A DNA stretch of 64,000 nt. It comes from Massalongia carnosa. Taxonomy: Eukaryota. The stretch is from contig OZ287067.1 in NCBI GenBank assembly GCA_965645245.1, forward strand, positions 2,418,001-2,482,000. Reading direction: 5' to 3'. How positions within the stretch are numbered: position 1 is the stretch's first letter; each line of letters begins with the position of its first letter. The notes beneath the pieces were generated by a model. It was not told where the DNA came from. It searched no databases and saw nothing but the letters and a program-made list of their open reading frames with translations. Below, in pieces: positions 23,309 to 35,856 of the stretch. The translations under genes were made by a program, and so were the position numbers.

Positions 23309-24466
23309 GTTGGACAGAGCTTTGGGTACGTCTGGTTGGCTTCAAGGTACTTCAATATACCTTGGCTACGTGTGCTTTTGACTCAAATTTCCGGTTCAAA
23401 GCAAGCGATTTATAGAGGAATGCAAATTGTTCTTGAGAATTTCACGGCATCCACAGAAGGCTTAAAACGTGCATTAGCTGATCTGATAATCGAAAGTATG
23501 CTGTTCAGGCCATGGTTCCCCTCTTCTGCAATGCAACGCTTCACCCCTGGTTCTGAGCCAGATGTAGAGGACCCACTCAAGATGCTTGAGGCGGCCAATA
23601 CTCTGTAGACCTGCGTAGTTTATCCCGCCGAAAGCCCTTCAAGCGCGATGAACTGGGCCTGCATGAAACCCCACAACGATCAGGCAGATCCATTCAACTT
23701 GGATAGGTAACTTCGCTATCATCCTCCACAGCCTTTTGGCGCCAGAACCAACTATGAGCGCGAAGAAAAGGCTTTTTTTATTTCTCAGATCCGCGAATAA
23801 CTCCATTGGAACCATTCAAATTAGCACGGGCTACTTCGGTTTTCGAAAACTACGGGGCAAATTTCCTTTGGTAAACCCAATAGAGGCAAAACATGCCAAT
23901 TGACGACTAGAACCGAATTTGCACCGCCCAAGTAGCGCCACGCTAGTAACATGGCAAAGGTCATGGCTTGCTGAAGGCCAAAGAAAAAGGTCTATGGCTG
24001 GCTGAAAAGCGGATGGGGTTTGATGACTAGTGATGTGGTACTCCGTACTCTGTGCAGAGTACCTCTGTAGTGCAGGGTGATAAGGAGACAGTGGCTTGCA
24101 TGCAGAAGACTGGTCTCGAACTTCGCTGCAGCTAAGTGAGATCGAAGAGGAGCCGAGAAGCGCAACATGACGCGATGGACGGGATCGGGATTGACGGCAA
24201 ATTTTGGTCTTTTCAATTGATTCTTTCCAAGCAAATAGATCAATGGTGAACGCGGAGAGAAAATAAAATGGGAAGTCAACGGGAATGGAGAACTAGTTAC
24301 TCTATGATGTATGATGCTCCGACATATCCCAGTACGGAGTTGTTTAGCACTAGTTAATAATTAGTCAAGAACGGGAGCGGGAGCGGAGAAGCCGATGGAT
24401 GCTAACTCGATATGCTCATAGTGCAATCGTCGGATGCAAATGACGTTAATTCAAGCCATACCTTCA

Positions 24467-25773
24467 CAGCGGGTGTCAAAAGTTTTTACCTAATGAGGGT
24501 AGGATTTTTAAGCGATAATCCCCTTCCTCCCCTAATCAACCACGGCACCATCTACTCCACCACCACAGGCCAAAAAATCCCCTGATGCTGATACCATCAG
24601 AAAAACCTGCTTTTTCATGCTTTTGATCATCGGCCGGAATGTCATCATCAAAGATGTCTGCGAGCAGGAGAGCATCAAGCTCGATCGAGGAAAATATTGG
24701 CTGAAGCAACGCCAGCGTCTTGAAGACGTCGCCTATCGACGACGTTCTCGTAGCGGTCGACCTAAAAAAGTGAGCATTTAGTTGATAAATCAAATGCTGA
24801 ATTCACATACAAATAGCGTTCGCGATCAGCCGTACACCGTACAATTGGAGCACTTTCATATAGATGCAACGCGACGTACACTGCAAAGAGGATTCAGTGC
24901 TCGCAAACCTCGTGCTGCTCGATTTAAAAAAGCGAAGGTGAAAACGCTCAGTCAGAAAAACGAGCGAATACGAGTTCTATACGGGAAAGAGCATGAAAAT
25001 CATACTATTGAGAATTTCTGGCAGTACTTTCATTTCACGGATGAGGCTCATTTCGACCCGGATCAAACGTACCAAGAGCGAGTTCTTCGAGAGGAAGGCA
25101 CTAGATACGAGTCAGAAAACATGCAAAAGATGCCGGACATGAAGGGAGTAAAACTGCATTTGGCCGCTTCTATTTCGTGGCATCATAAAGGGCCGCTGAC
25201 GTTTTACAATGACGAGCACGACGCGCCTGAAATTCAGGTTCACAAGCCCAGAAAACCACACAAGTCGAAGTATGAAACGGAGCATGATCATCGTCAGCGA
25301 ATAGCTGAATGGGAGGCATCTCTACCTCACGATTTAGAAATTAAATCAAAAGGCAATAGCATGACTCAAGCTTACTTTACGGAGCGTCTGCTTCCCGGCT
25401 ATATGACTGAAATTCATGAATGTCGTGTTTTTCATGATCGATTTTGCATCTTTCAAGAAGATAACGATCCTAGTCACGGCACACGATCTACAGACAATAT
25501 CGTACGTAGATTTAAGGCAGCTAGCTGGATTGAAACGTTGAATCATCCTCCGCAATCCCCTGATCTCAATCCAACGGAAGGGGTATTGAATATTCTGAAA
25601 CAGCGAGTTAGACGGCGACGGTGCAGCAATGTGAGAGAGTTAAAACGGGTGATTCTAGATGAATGGAACAAAATATCTATAGATGAAATTTGGGCCCGAA
25701 TTAAGGAGATGCCTGATCGATGTAAGAGATTAATAGCGACGGAGGGCAAAGCAATAAAATCCGATCTATGGTA
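24467..25773 (+). mobile_element. Tc1/mariner element (5' TIR + pseudogenised transposase); its 3' end is displaced to 8032-8121
   Basis: TIR CAGCGGGTGTCAAAAG. FTDEAHF, QEDNDPSH and SPDLNPTE motifs. The N-terminus has a frameshift and a TAG at 24779-24781. Pogo B inserted at the TA of the stop codon. Confidence 0.9.
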
Positions 25774-28334
25774 ATCGTCGGCTCGCTTAGCTCCGTGGAT
25801 CCGACTAAAATGCGAAAGCATTTTAGTCGGGGAAAGCGGTGCATCCCGGAAAGCGGTGCATCCAGCCAAAATCATCAAATTTTCATCTTTTTCACCTTTT
25901 ACCCTCAATCATCTGAATAACTACCTTGATTATTGACGATTTAATCACCTCATATTGATAAGTATAGCCTTCCCAGCATTTATTCCTAAAATAACTAGTT
26001 ATTTCATCGGATTGTCGCATATTCAGCTTTTCTATACGTCCTCAATCATCCTTTTTATCCATTATTCTTAACCCACTCCATGGATAGTAACGCCCCCATT
26101 CTCAATCCTATGGAGGAAGAGAAGCAATTTCTGAAGACAAATCCCAAAGAAACCAAGATGACTGCATCTAGACTTTTCAACGTCAACGTTAAAACGTTGA
26201 CTTCTTCCATTCGTCGTTGTTCGGGAGTGAAAAATGGAGGACAAAATCAGATATTGAGAGATCATGAAACAAAGGCTATCAATGGTTTTATTCAATCTTT
26301 GTTGGTGCATGGAATTCCACCTACGCATCAAATCGTTTTTAATGCCATTGTAAGCTTGAAAAAAGCTCATAATCCCCTCGATGTAGGGCCGTCAAGACGA
26401 TGGTTTCGGGATTGGTGGAAGCGTAGCAATTTGCATAAAATCAAGACAAAACCATTGTCCATGATCCGATTTGAAGCCGCTCAGGAATCGGATGTGACCA
26501 GATGGTTTGCTGATTATAGGCATGCATTGAAAACACTGAATATTCGAAAAAGACGAAATATTCTGAATTTTGATGAAGCTGGCTTCCGCATTGGGTGCAT
26601 GAGGGGACAGGAAATTCTTGTTCCCATGGAAATTAAACAATTCTACGCGGTCAGCCCGGAAAACCGTAGATCGGCGACGATTATCGAGACAATCAATGCT
26701 GCCGGCGACTATCCCCCCCCTCCAATGGTCATCATACAAGGTCATGACATCATGGCCATATGGTTTTCGGATGATCTGCCACAGGGCACGCATATCGTGC
26801 CTTCGGACAGTGGATTTACATCTGATAAGATAGCAGTTGAATATCTGAAGCATCTTATCAAGAATTCAGATGCAGGACCGAATGCGGATTGGAAATTGTT
26901 GCTTATGGATAATCACGGCAGTCATATTACTCCTGAATTTGTTGCTTTGGCCAATGAAAATCACATTCGTCCTTATCCACTAATTCCGCATTTAACCCAC
27001 TGTATGCAGCCATTGGATGTGGGTGTATTTCAACCCTATAAGCATTGGCATAATGTGGCTATTCAAGAGACTATATCGGAGTCATTTATTGAGTATTCCC
27101 TGACGCAATTTCTGAAGGATTTGGTCAAAATCAGGAATAATACCTTCAAACCATCCACTATTCGACATGCCTTTGAAAAGTCGGGCATGTGGCCTGTTAA
27201 TCCAAAAGCATGCATTCAACAGCTGAAAACATTCAATCCCAACAATCCAAACAATCTGACTGAGATTCTGACCGAGACGAATAATGATAATCAGCTCCCA
27301 TTACCCCCCCTACCTCGTCAAATCCAACCAAGGGAAATAGCCGACATAGAATATGGATTGGATCATCAATGGGGACCAAAAATTCAGGAATCTATGCAAT
27401 GGAGTGACCCCATTCGGGCTGAGGAATTTGACTCATTCGTTATCAATGCAAAAGAAGTTATTTCGAACTCGATTCTCAAGGAAACGGAGCTGAAAATGTG
27501 GCAACAGACACGAATGCAACAGTTAAACAGTAGAAAATTTTCTCGCAAACGACTGAGACCTGAATCAGGAAAATTGGGACTGACTAAGGAAGATGCGGAG
27601 CATGCCTTAACCATGAAGCTACAACACGAAAAAAAGGCTGAAAAGAAACGAGTGGACAATAAGTTTATGAAGATATGGAGAATGGAAAGAGACGAAATTC
27701 ACGTCAAGGGAATGGCTGCTCGAAAAGCAGAAAGGGATCGAGTCAAACGATTAAAAGAAATGACCAAAACCCTCAATCCCATACCAATTGAGTTGTATGA
27801 AGCAATTTCTGACCCCGAGGCCTTATGGAAAGCGACGAATGAGGTGTGGATAGCTGAGGAAGCGAAGAAAGAAGCCAGAAAAAATCCACGTGTCAATGCT
27901 ACGATTGATGAGGAAGAAACCGCGATTGTAGTAGATGAAGAATCATGGGTGCAGAGAGATTTCGGGGGCTCCATCGAGATGCAAAGTGATTTCGTATCTT
28001 TCATGGATGAAGAGGATGAGGAGAATGCGGGGTATGGGGGGAACCGGAAGAATCGGGGGGATCGAAGGGATCAGGGGGGTCGAGGGGATGATTTTGATGA
28101 TGGTTATGATGATGACACTGTTTTTCAAGCTTTGTATGACGTTAGCTAATGATTAACCCAGATGATTGAGGGTAAAAGGTGAAAAAGATGAAAATTTGAT
28201 GATTTTGGCTGGATGCACCGCTTTCCGGGATGCACCGCTTTCCGGGATGCACCGCTTTCCGGGATGCACCGCTTTCCCCGACTAAAATGCTTTCGCATTT
28301 TTGTCGGATCCACGGAGCTAAGCGAGCCGACGAT
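25774..28334 (+). mobile_element. pogo/Fot1 DNA transposon, copy B (full length)
   Basis: TA TSD at 25772-25773 and 28335-28336. Same TIRs as copy A. Four copies of the 17-bp GGATGCACCGCTTTCCG repeat at 28211-28278. Confidence 0.97.
26080..28149 (+). CDS. pogo/Fot1 DDE_1 transposase, 689 aa, same protein as copy A
   Basis: The ORF-track translation is the same as 8274-10343. Confidence 0.95.
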   Translation: MDSNAPILNPMEEEKQFLKTNPKETKMTASRLFNVNVKTLTSSIRRCSGVKNGGQNQILRDHETKAINGFIQSLLVHGIPPTHQIVFNAIVSLKKAHNPLDVGPSRRWFRDWWKRSNLHKIKTKPLSMIRFEAAQESDVTRWFADYRHALKTLNIRKRRNILNFDEAGFRIGCMRGQEILVPMEIKQFYAVSPENRRSATIIETINAAGDYPPPPMVIIQGHDIMAIWFSDDLPQGTHIVPSDSGFTSDKIAVEYLKHLIKNSDAGPNADWKLLLMDNHGSHITPEFVALANENHIRPYPLIPHLTHCMQPLDVGVFQPYKHWHNVAIQETISESFIEYSLTQFLKDLVKIRNNTFKPSTIRHAFEKSGMWPVNPKACIQQLKTFNPNNPNNLTEILTETNNDNQLPLPPLPRQIQPREIADIEYGLDHQWGPKIQESMQWSDPIRAEEFDSFVINAKEVISNSILKETELKMWQQTRMQQLNSRKFSRKRLRPESGKLGLTKEDAEHALTMKLQHEKKAEKKRVDNKFMKIWRMERDEIHVKGMAARKAERDRVKRLKEMTKTLNPIPIELYEAISDPEALWKATNEVWIAEEAKKEARKNPRVNATIDEEETAIVVDEESWVQRDFGGSIEMQSDFVSFMDEEDEENAGYGGNRKNRGDRRDQGGRGDDFDDGYDDDTVFQALYDVS

Positions 28335-28336
28335 TA

Positions 28337-30556
28337 CTCCTCTACATACATCGGGATTTTTTTCAACAATTCCTTCATTCCATCTTTTGATGCTATTCAT
28401 ACTTTTGGTCATCTTCAACTTTCGATGAGCTTTGGTTTGTCTAGCCACCTTGCCCAGTGCCAAAGAATATCGCTTTTCCCATGCGATCATTCGATCCTTC
28501 TCCCTCTAAGCCTCCTGATTCTGTCTATCACGAATCATTGATCAAGCCTTTCGTGCAAAAGTATGCCCCCAATCTGAAGTATCTTATTGCTCTCTCGTTT
28601 GCGTGCTTTTCGAACTTTTTCGGCCTTTGTTTGTTGATCCCATCTGTCACGGAATCGCTTCGCACCCTCCCGCTTGTCCTGATCGGGTTAGTATTTAACA
28701 GGGCCCATTGCTGTGAAACCTCACCCATCGTGCTCAGGCGTTCTTCTGCCGCCCTCAGCGCACTATCAATCTCCTACAATCCGTACCCAATCTCAACGTC
28801 TCCACTATCCAGGCTTATGACTAAGAGTGCTTCAGCACAGATAAAGGCGGGATAGGTCAAAGCAATCATGTTAAGGAAATTAGTATAGGAACAGAGATGG
28901 GGCAAGTCGAGAATAGGAGAGTTGAAAGCCATGGCTATAAAGTCTATGTGGTTTCCCAGGTGTTTAGAGCTCTTCATCGGACGTCTTGTGTATTATTCTC
29001 AACTTCTAGTTTTAGCATGTCTAGATATCCGTTCTGCAAGATAGAGTTTTGTATCTCTCCAGCCCTCCCCTGACACCATCGTTGTTCGAGAAGTTCTCCT
29101 TTTCGGACTTCCGAAACAGCCCCCTTTACAAATTTTGCTATCATTTGTGTAAGTTCATCCGAATAACGGGAATGCATCGTAATGTCTGCGGCTACTGTAA
29201 TTTATTGTCTGACAGTTCTAGGGGTTTCTTGTATTGATTGAATCGACGAAGGTGGAGTAGTCTCGCGAAGGGGTGATAAACTCTCTCTGAATTATATGGA
29301 ATTAGGCCGATTTTTCTCCATGCAGACGTAATCGTTGTTGATATGAAGGCCTTTGCCCGAAAGGTGTTGAATGCAGCTAGAAATTCCACCTTCGAGAACG
29401 TTTCATCATCGTTCTGAATGATCTCATTGACAGCCTCGGAATGTCAATGCTTTAAAGGCTGAAACACACATACATCAAGCAGTTGCAATAAGTGAGTGGT
29501 ATGTGATGGTAATTCAAATGAAATGATGTTATGAGCGTCACAATACTCTAAAAACTCACGAGTATGATGAGATTCATGTTCATTCATAACCAACAGTCTT
29601 CATGCCCCCTTTCCAATGTTTCGAGAGTGTTTATCGAAGTGTTTAATCCATTGCAAGGCCAGCCAGTCATTTGAATAACCTGATTCAGCAGTAGTAATAA
29701 GAAAATCATCGCTAAGATCGTTGAGGAAAAAGAGAGCGAGAATGCTGATACCAGTCAAAATCAGCATAGGGGGAATGTCTCGTCCAGTCCCATTGATACA
29801 TTCCACTCCGGTCAGTGATTCTCTGTTTGATGGATCGTTATTATAGATCCTTCGGTCTTTTGATGCACTAACTATTCAATCATTACGTGCCATGCCAATG
29901 CGATACCCGGTTTCATCCAAAATCTACTGATCTTGAGGATCTATGCCAACTCATCAATCACCTCTTTGTGTTTTGTAAAGTGAGCCATTAGCAACTCCAA
30001 ATCATGCTCATTTTTTCGCTCAACAGCTAGAGCTTTTCGTCGAACTTTGAATAAATCGGGCTGACGCTTTAACCATCTCTTGGTCCAATGCGACCCGATC
30101 AAAGGAGGCGGTTCCGAAACAGGAGCTGTTTGACGAAGAATAGAATTTGCTGCGATTTCCACCATGTGCAATCGGGCAGGTATGTTCAAAGAGTCCAGTT
30201 TCTTGATATACATATATAGGGCCGACTTTTGATCAGGTTTCAGACGTCTAGTATGCAGTCCTCGTATCTCTGGTTTAGATGGGGCCCCATGATATCGAGA
30301 ACGAAGTCTTTCTCTAGGCACTTCAAATTCTCGTGCAATTGCTCGAAGTTTCGCGTTTTCCGCGTGTTTAAGGCGTCAATAGCCTTCGTAATGCGACTTT
30401 CGATTTCAATATATGATTCAGGCATGGTGGTGATGGATGATAAATTGTTGAAAGGTGAATGGTTGAAATTTGACGATTTGGGTTGTATGGCTGATATGGC
30501 TGGCTAGCACTAAGCGAGGCGACCCGAGCGATGTGGCAGTGTGTGGGTGGCACGGA
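28337..30556 (-). mobile_element. Degenerate pogo/Fot1 element C (transposase pseudogene from 30425)
   Basis: MPESYIEIESRITKAIDAL, WTKRWLKRQPDL, DETGYRIG, ECINGTGRDIPP and SGYSNDWLALQWIKHF fragments with stops and frameshifts. The TIR ends ..GGCACGGA-TA at 30556-30558. Confidence 0.88.
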
Positions 30557-30699
30557 TAATCCGTTATGAGCATCGCGCACTAACTTCGCTTCCTAGGGTG
30601 TTGAGGAAGATTTAAAAATGGAAAGTTTTGCAAAGCTAACGCTCTGGAAACAGTAAATCTTGGGCGTCAATCTGTTTCTTGAAGAGGTTGAGCTTCAAA

Positions 30700-31950
30700 G
30701 CTAACCCTCATCCCGAGGTTGCTGATACGCCTTTATCTCTGTTTTGTTAGCAAAGATCTTCATAACTTTAAAGACGACTCGGTGGCTTCATCGGAAGACT
30801 CCATCCGCTCGGCAGCTGCCACTGCAAGGATTAACCAGTGGGTTTCTTTGGCTCGGGTAAGCAACATCCAATTGAAGATACTATGAAGATTCCGGCGTAA
30901 CTCCTTCAACTCGAGTAACTAGTTGATCGAGCATATGACTCGAGATGAGGTTCATGTGAAAGACTGGATCAGTAAGGGTCCTTTCGCACCAGTGAACCCA
31001 GATCCTAGCTATGTTCGCATCGACGGTGCACGAACAAATGAAGGACTTCTCGTCGCTGTGTTGCTGTTGTACGCCCGTCTTTGCGTTGGGAAAATCTTTT
31101 AGCATACATCGAGCTCACACCATCGTCGCGCCTACTGAAATAACTCTGTTTTCGGCTATTGCGATCGGCCCTTCACAACTCAACCCTTCAACGGTGAGGA
31201 AGGGATGGATCAGTCCATGTGCTACGTTAAGACAAGCGCTGGCCAACGAATCGAAAATGATGTGCTCGCGAGGAGGGTGAATATCCTGCTGAATTCCGTA
31301 TACAAAATCGGGTTTAGGATTCGACATTCCTTTACCTTTTGCCAAACCTCTAATGATGATAGCCCGAACTAACCCCGGCATCCATTGGGGGAGCAAGTTT
31401 AACACATTCCAAGTTCATGCTGACGGCCATTCCATCATCTGTGAATATCTGGGATGATTCATTTACGGTTCTTGCATCCCTAGGACATGCTTAACCAGCG
31501 GCCAAGCCAAACTGTTCTCAGCGGCCGTTACATTACGCTCTAGGTGTTGATGAATCTTGATTATCGATCCTTCGAGTGTTTCGGACGTTCTATCGGCTAA
31601 GAAAGTCGTTTTAGCTTTCTCCGCAAAGTTTGGGCATATTATGGTGAAGACAGGGTCTTTGAAATGTATGCCATGCTTTGCTAGAATGTGTCAAACATGA
31701 CGGATAATTTGTGGCACCTCCAAGCTAAACGGTAGAGGAGAAAATGAACCAAAATTGGAGGCAGCGGTAGCGGTAGAGGAGCCCAACAGCTGGTTTCTAG
31801 CCAGGGAAGGTAGATGGGGGATGAGGACCCGATTGCGAAAATGTTTGACAGCCACCCAGTAATGAGTTGATGTTGAGCAGAGCTTAAGGAGCGACTGTCG
31901 GTCTCTGTCCAGTGAAGATGGTCTGTTATCATTTTCGTCTTTTCATCATT
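30700..31950 (-). pseudogene. Degenerate gene for a fungal PD-(D/E)XK-like protein with the KPDxxYG / PFLxVExK signature
   Basis: Fragments PKPDFVYGIQ, HPFLTVEGLSCEGPIAIAEN and SFICSCTVDANIARIWVHW, broken by stops. Boundaries are approximate. Confidence 0.5.
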
Positions 31951-34153
31951 CACGAGAGATGAAGGCGAAATCACGACGTCGGTGGAATAAACAAGACAGG
32001 GCCAAAGTGAAGCCGTAGAGGCGACTAAACTCCTTTGAATTATATTGCTGATAACTTAATGTCTCGCATGTCTGTCCAATCAAATAGTTAACTAGATACA
32101 GCTGGATTTCCTTATATGATCAGGAACCTGCTCTCGCTTTATATTTATTCCAATCCACGCTCAGCGCTGAGAAAACGAGTCCACGGGAGTCACTATTCTA
32201 ATCTTCGAGGGTAGATGGAATAGTTGCTATGGAGCTAGAGCAAGAAAATGGACTGCAGAGGCAACGGATTGCAGTAACGACCCGCGGATCGTATGGATAC
32301 GCCGAGCTGAAAGATGAAACGACGGACACCCTCGAACAGGCCTCACCATGGCGTCTCTGAGCCATAATTCAGCAGATACTACAGCCACTCGTAACTGGCG
32401 CTAAACCCCAGCCAGGATCCTTATATGGTTGACTTTCTGCCGTAGCCACTGCTCCGGTGCCTGTCTAATATCCTACTGCCGTAATCCCTTCGTCCAGGTT
32501 CACGGGATTCCAAAACCAAAACTTAATTTCCGGCCGCTAGATTCTCATGACCGGTTGCAGAACGGTATTTTCACTCGCTCGGTCTGAGAATAGATGCAGC
32601 ATAAGTATCACGTGCTTGATGTCGCTAATAGGAGTATGAAGCAGAACAACATGCTGTCAACAAGAGTGGATCAGGAAGAGTAGATTAAGTAGCTACTGCG
32701 TCAAGTTTCGATAGGTTGTTTTATTCAGCTGATTGAATTCTTTCGCAGCCACAAAGATTTTTGGTGGTTTAAAACCGGCCGGCCAAATCATAAATAAGGA
32801 TTGCTTTCCTTTTTAGATTCTAATAAATGAAGTGTATCGCTAGGTTCTAAACATTGCAGCAGTCAACTTACATTAATTTTTAATTCTGGTTCTTTTTCAT
32901 ATTGTCATTAGTACTAAAAATCCATGCTGCCTACCTCCAACAACTGAATTAAGGAGCAAATGTTCTGTGCCCTTTCGGGAAGTGCCTCAGTGTCAAATCT
33001 TCTTGAAATTTCTCAAGCTATGACCCAAGCAGTGTAAAGCCAGCTACTACATAGGCAGAAGTCAGCACAGGAAATCCCGGGTTGAAGGGTTGTGTACGGG
33101 TTCGCGATGAAACTTCACTTAGACAGTCTGTAGGCGGGGATGACTTGACAATATTTCAGAACTATTGTTCAAAAGATCATACAATTTCTTACACTAATGC
33201 CCTAGCAGAGGATTGATCCTATGAACGAACATAGATCTTGAGGCGTCTGATAGAGGATACTTTCGGGAATATCTGGAATCCTCATTATGTCGACTTGTGC
33301 CGCCCAGAAATGCTTTGTTTTTTTATTCGGGTCAGTGTATGAAAAAACCGATTATACGTGAAAAAATCGATCATATACAAACCATTATTGCCATTTTTTA
33401 AAAAGGTATATCTTCAAGATTTAGTAAGGATATTAACGCTCAAACCAGCTCCGCTATTTCCAGGAGCCACACATTAATCGCATGCGCACACGCCGGATCC
33501 AAAAGCTCTTCCAATCTAGTATTCGAAAACCAGGAACTAATACAGCGGACAGTAAGAGTTGCAGTTCAAGAGGTCTTTTTCAGGAGGCAAGCTCAATTGA
33601 GGCTACTCAAAGATAATGCAAGATTTATTTCCCAGATATGGGGAAATCTCTGGAGGGAAGCTGGCAAGAGGCACTGAGACAAATGGGGTTTGGTTGGGGG
33701 TAGGTAGATAGACAAGAAGGCTTATTAGGGAGCTTGTACATGTAAGACGGTGGGGTGACAGTCTATACAATAGAATGTCCGCAGGGGGGACTAGTGGTGT
33801 ATTACCAAATCTCGGAGGAAGATATCGCAATTATAAGTGAGAATGATGAAAGACAGCACTGGAGGGAGCACACGCAATGTTTTCGAAAGCGGACAGATGA
33901 ATGAGAGAGTTTATGTGAAGACTAGCAGCAACGAATGGCCTAGAAAAGTGGACATCCACGTTCTTTTTGACTCGTTAGTGGGAAGCCATCACCACACCTC
34001 GCTAATCATAGATAGTTTACATCTCCCAAAAACCGAAATAGCAATAAATCAAATCCAGACATTGTAATCTCACAGTATCAGGGATATCGGATATTCATGG
34101 TTCTACGAGTTGATTGGTTGTCAGCCCGTGTTAGTTTTAGGTTCTGGAACTCT

Positions 34154-34949
34154 TCACAGTTTATCAATCCTCAAGGTAACGATAGCAGATTCGCCTAAGG
34201 AATAAATAACCAGAATTAGCCTGCGAATGGCATTCATCGGGGAGCCATGGTCAGAACAGAAGGGGAGTGGAATCTTGCGCACCGACGAAGCCTCCGGGCT
34301 TCCCATATATCTTTGCGCCCTCCGTCGCAGCTGGAACAACGAGTTCTAAAAAGCGGACGAGAGTCAACAGCGCGGTTCAAGATCATCCATCATTGCAGTT
34401 CGACAAATAAATTGATTCGAGCCCATTCAAACTTTCAAACTTCCTAGGCAAAATTGGGAACACGCCTATTGCCTCTTGAGAATATAAAAAGAACTCACCT
34501 CTCCCAGCTTTCAGCTCCAAATATTCGATGCCCTCCCCATCGCACGCATAACCGGCAAAAAATCTATTGAACGCTACCCCATTCCCTCCGAACAACAACG
34601 GCTGCAACTCTGGCGGGAAAACCTTAATTGTCGGGCCGAAAAATGCCCGGAACCTGGTATGCGTCGGTCCTCCGGTGGTGAGCTTGCCGTTGGTGAGTCG
34701 AAACACGGGCTGTGCGATATGAGTGCGGCTAATGTAAGGCTGGGTGGCTTTACTGGCAGCGGGGGTTGAGAGCTGCACGGGCCAGGGAATATTGTTGTCG
34801 TTGAAAGTGTTAGCGCGTAGGGTGAAAGAATAGTCAATGGTGTTGATGGCGATATCAGGGAAAACACAGTTTGTGAAGGTTGAAGTGATATTGGCTGGGG
34901 CGGCAACGACGAGGGAGAGAGGGAGAAGCAGAATGTAAAATGGAACCAT
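34154..34949 (-). CDS. Small secreted protein of unknown function, 3 exons
   Basis: Signal peptide MVPFYILLLPLSLVVA. Exon 1 ends at KAGR|GTGAGT; later exons read ELVVPAATEGAKIYGKPGGFV and GESAIVTLRIDKL*. Confidence 0.75.
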
Positions 34950-35856
34950 GATTATGGATATTTGGGGGCGAGTAAAACGTTAGAGTTTTTGTGCTATGGC
35001 CTGGTACAGAGGTTTCCGTTGAGTGCTCTGGTCGAAGAGAGCGAGAGGAGTCTGGGAGAGATATAAATTTGTTTCCAGACCCAAGAAGCTAGAACCATGA
35101 TCTTCAGGCTGGTGGAATCCCAACGAATGATGTTCGGCTGTCTTGATTCAAACCCCGTTTTCGAGGGTTATGCCATGGAACACGCAACATCTGTCTCGCT
35201 TTGGGACCATTCTCAGCCCATTTCATCACCCGACCACTCATTTATACCCCGTGCACCTGCACGTAAGAAACCTGGGGGCTATAAAAAGGCGTTAATTATT
35301 GGAGCTCCTTTTATGACAAGAACTTCATCTGAAAAGTGCAAGGTCTTGACCGCTGAGGAGAGCGAGGAAATTTGCGTGGCTTATGGGGGCTGAACGAGAG
35401 ATGCATTTTCATAAGAGCATCAAGGTTCAGGCTTGGCGAATTTCAAACCTCGATTACTGAGGATTGTATTAATGATGATCAACACTCTGTAACGGTGCTT
35501 TGTATAGAAGGTAGAGTAGCACCGACAAAGTACATCGGGAAGTCAGTAGTAGAAAGCATGACGGATCTTTTAGGTAAACGGACGAGAATTATTTCAGCTT
35601 GCTTTGCAGTAACTCGTTGCTGCTAAGTCTGGCTTGCGTGCTTATCATCTTTTCCCGTCCGTAGGATTTTCGACTCGCTTGGACTTGGTGTTGTCAAGTT
35701 GCGTCTTTAGGCATGATGTTTGTATTTGCTTTTCAAAGATTACAAAAATTTATCTGCAGCGGACCGGTTGATCAATCCACTATAAACCATCGTCATAGGT
35801 CTATCGCGTTTCAATTTGGAGTTCTCCAAGTACTCTCGGAATTGTGGTATCTTATC

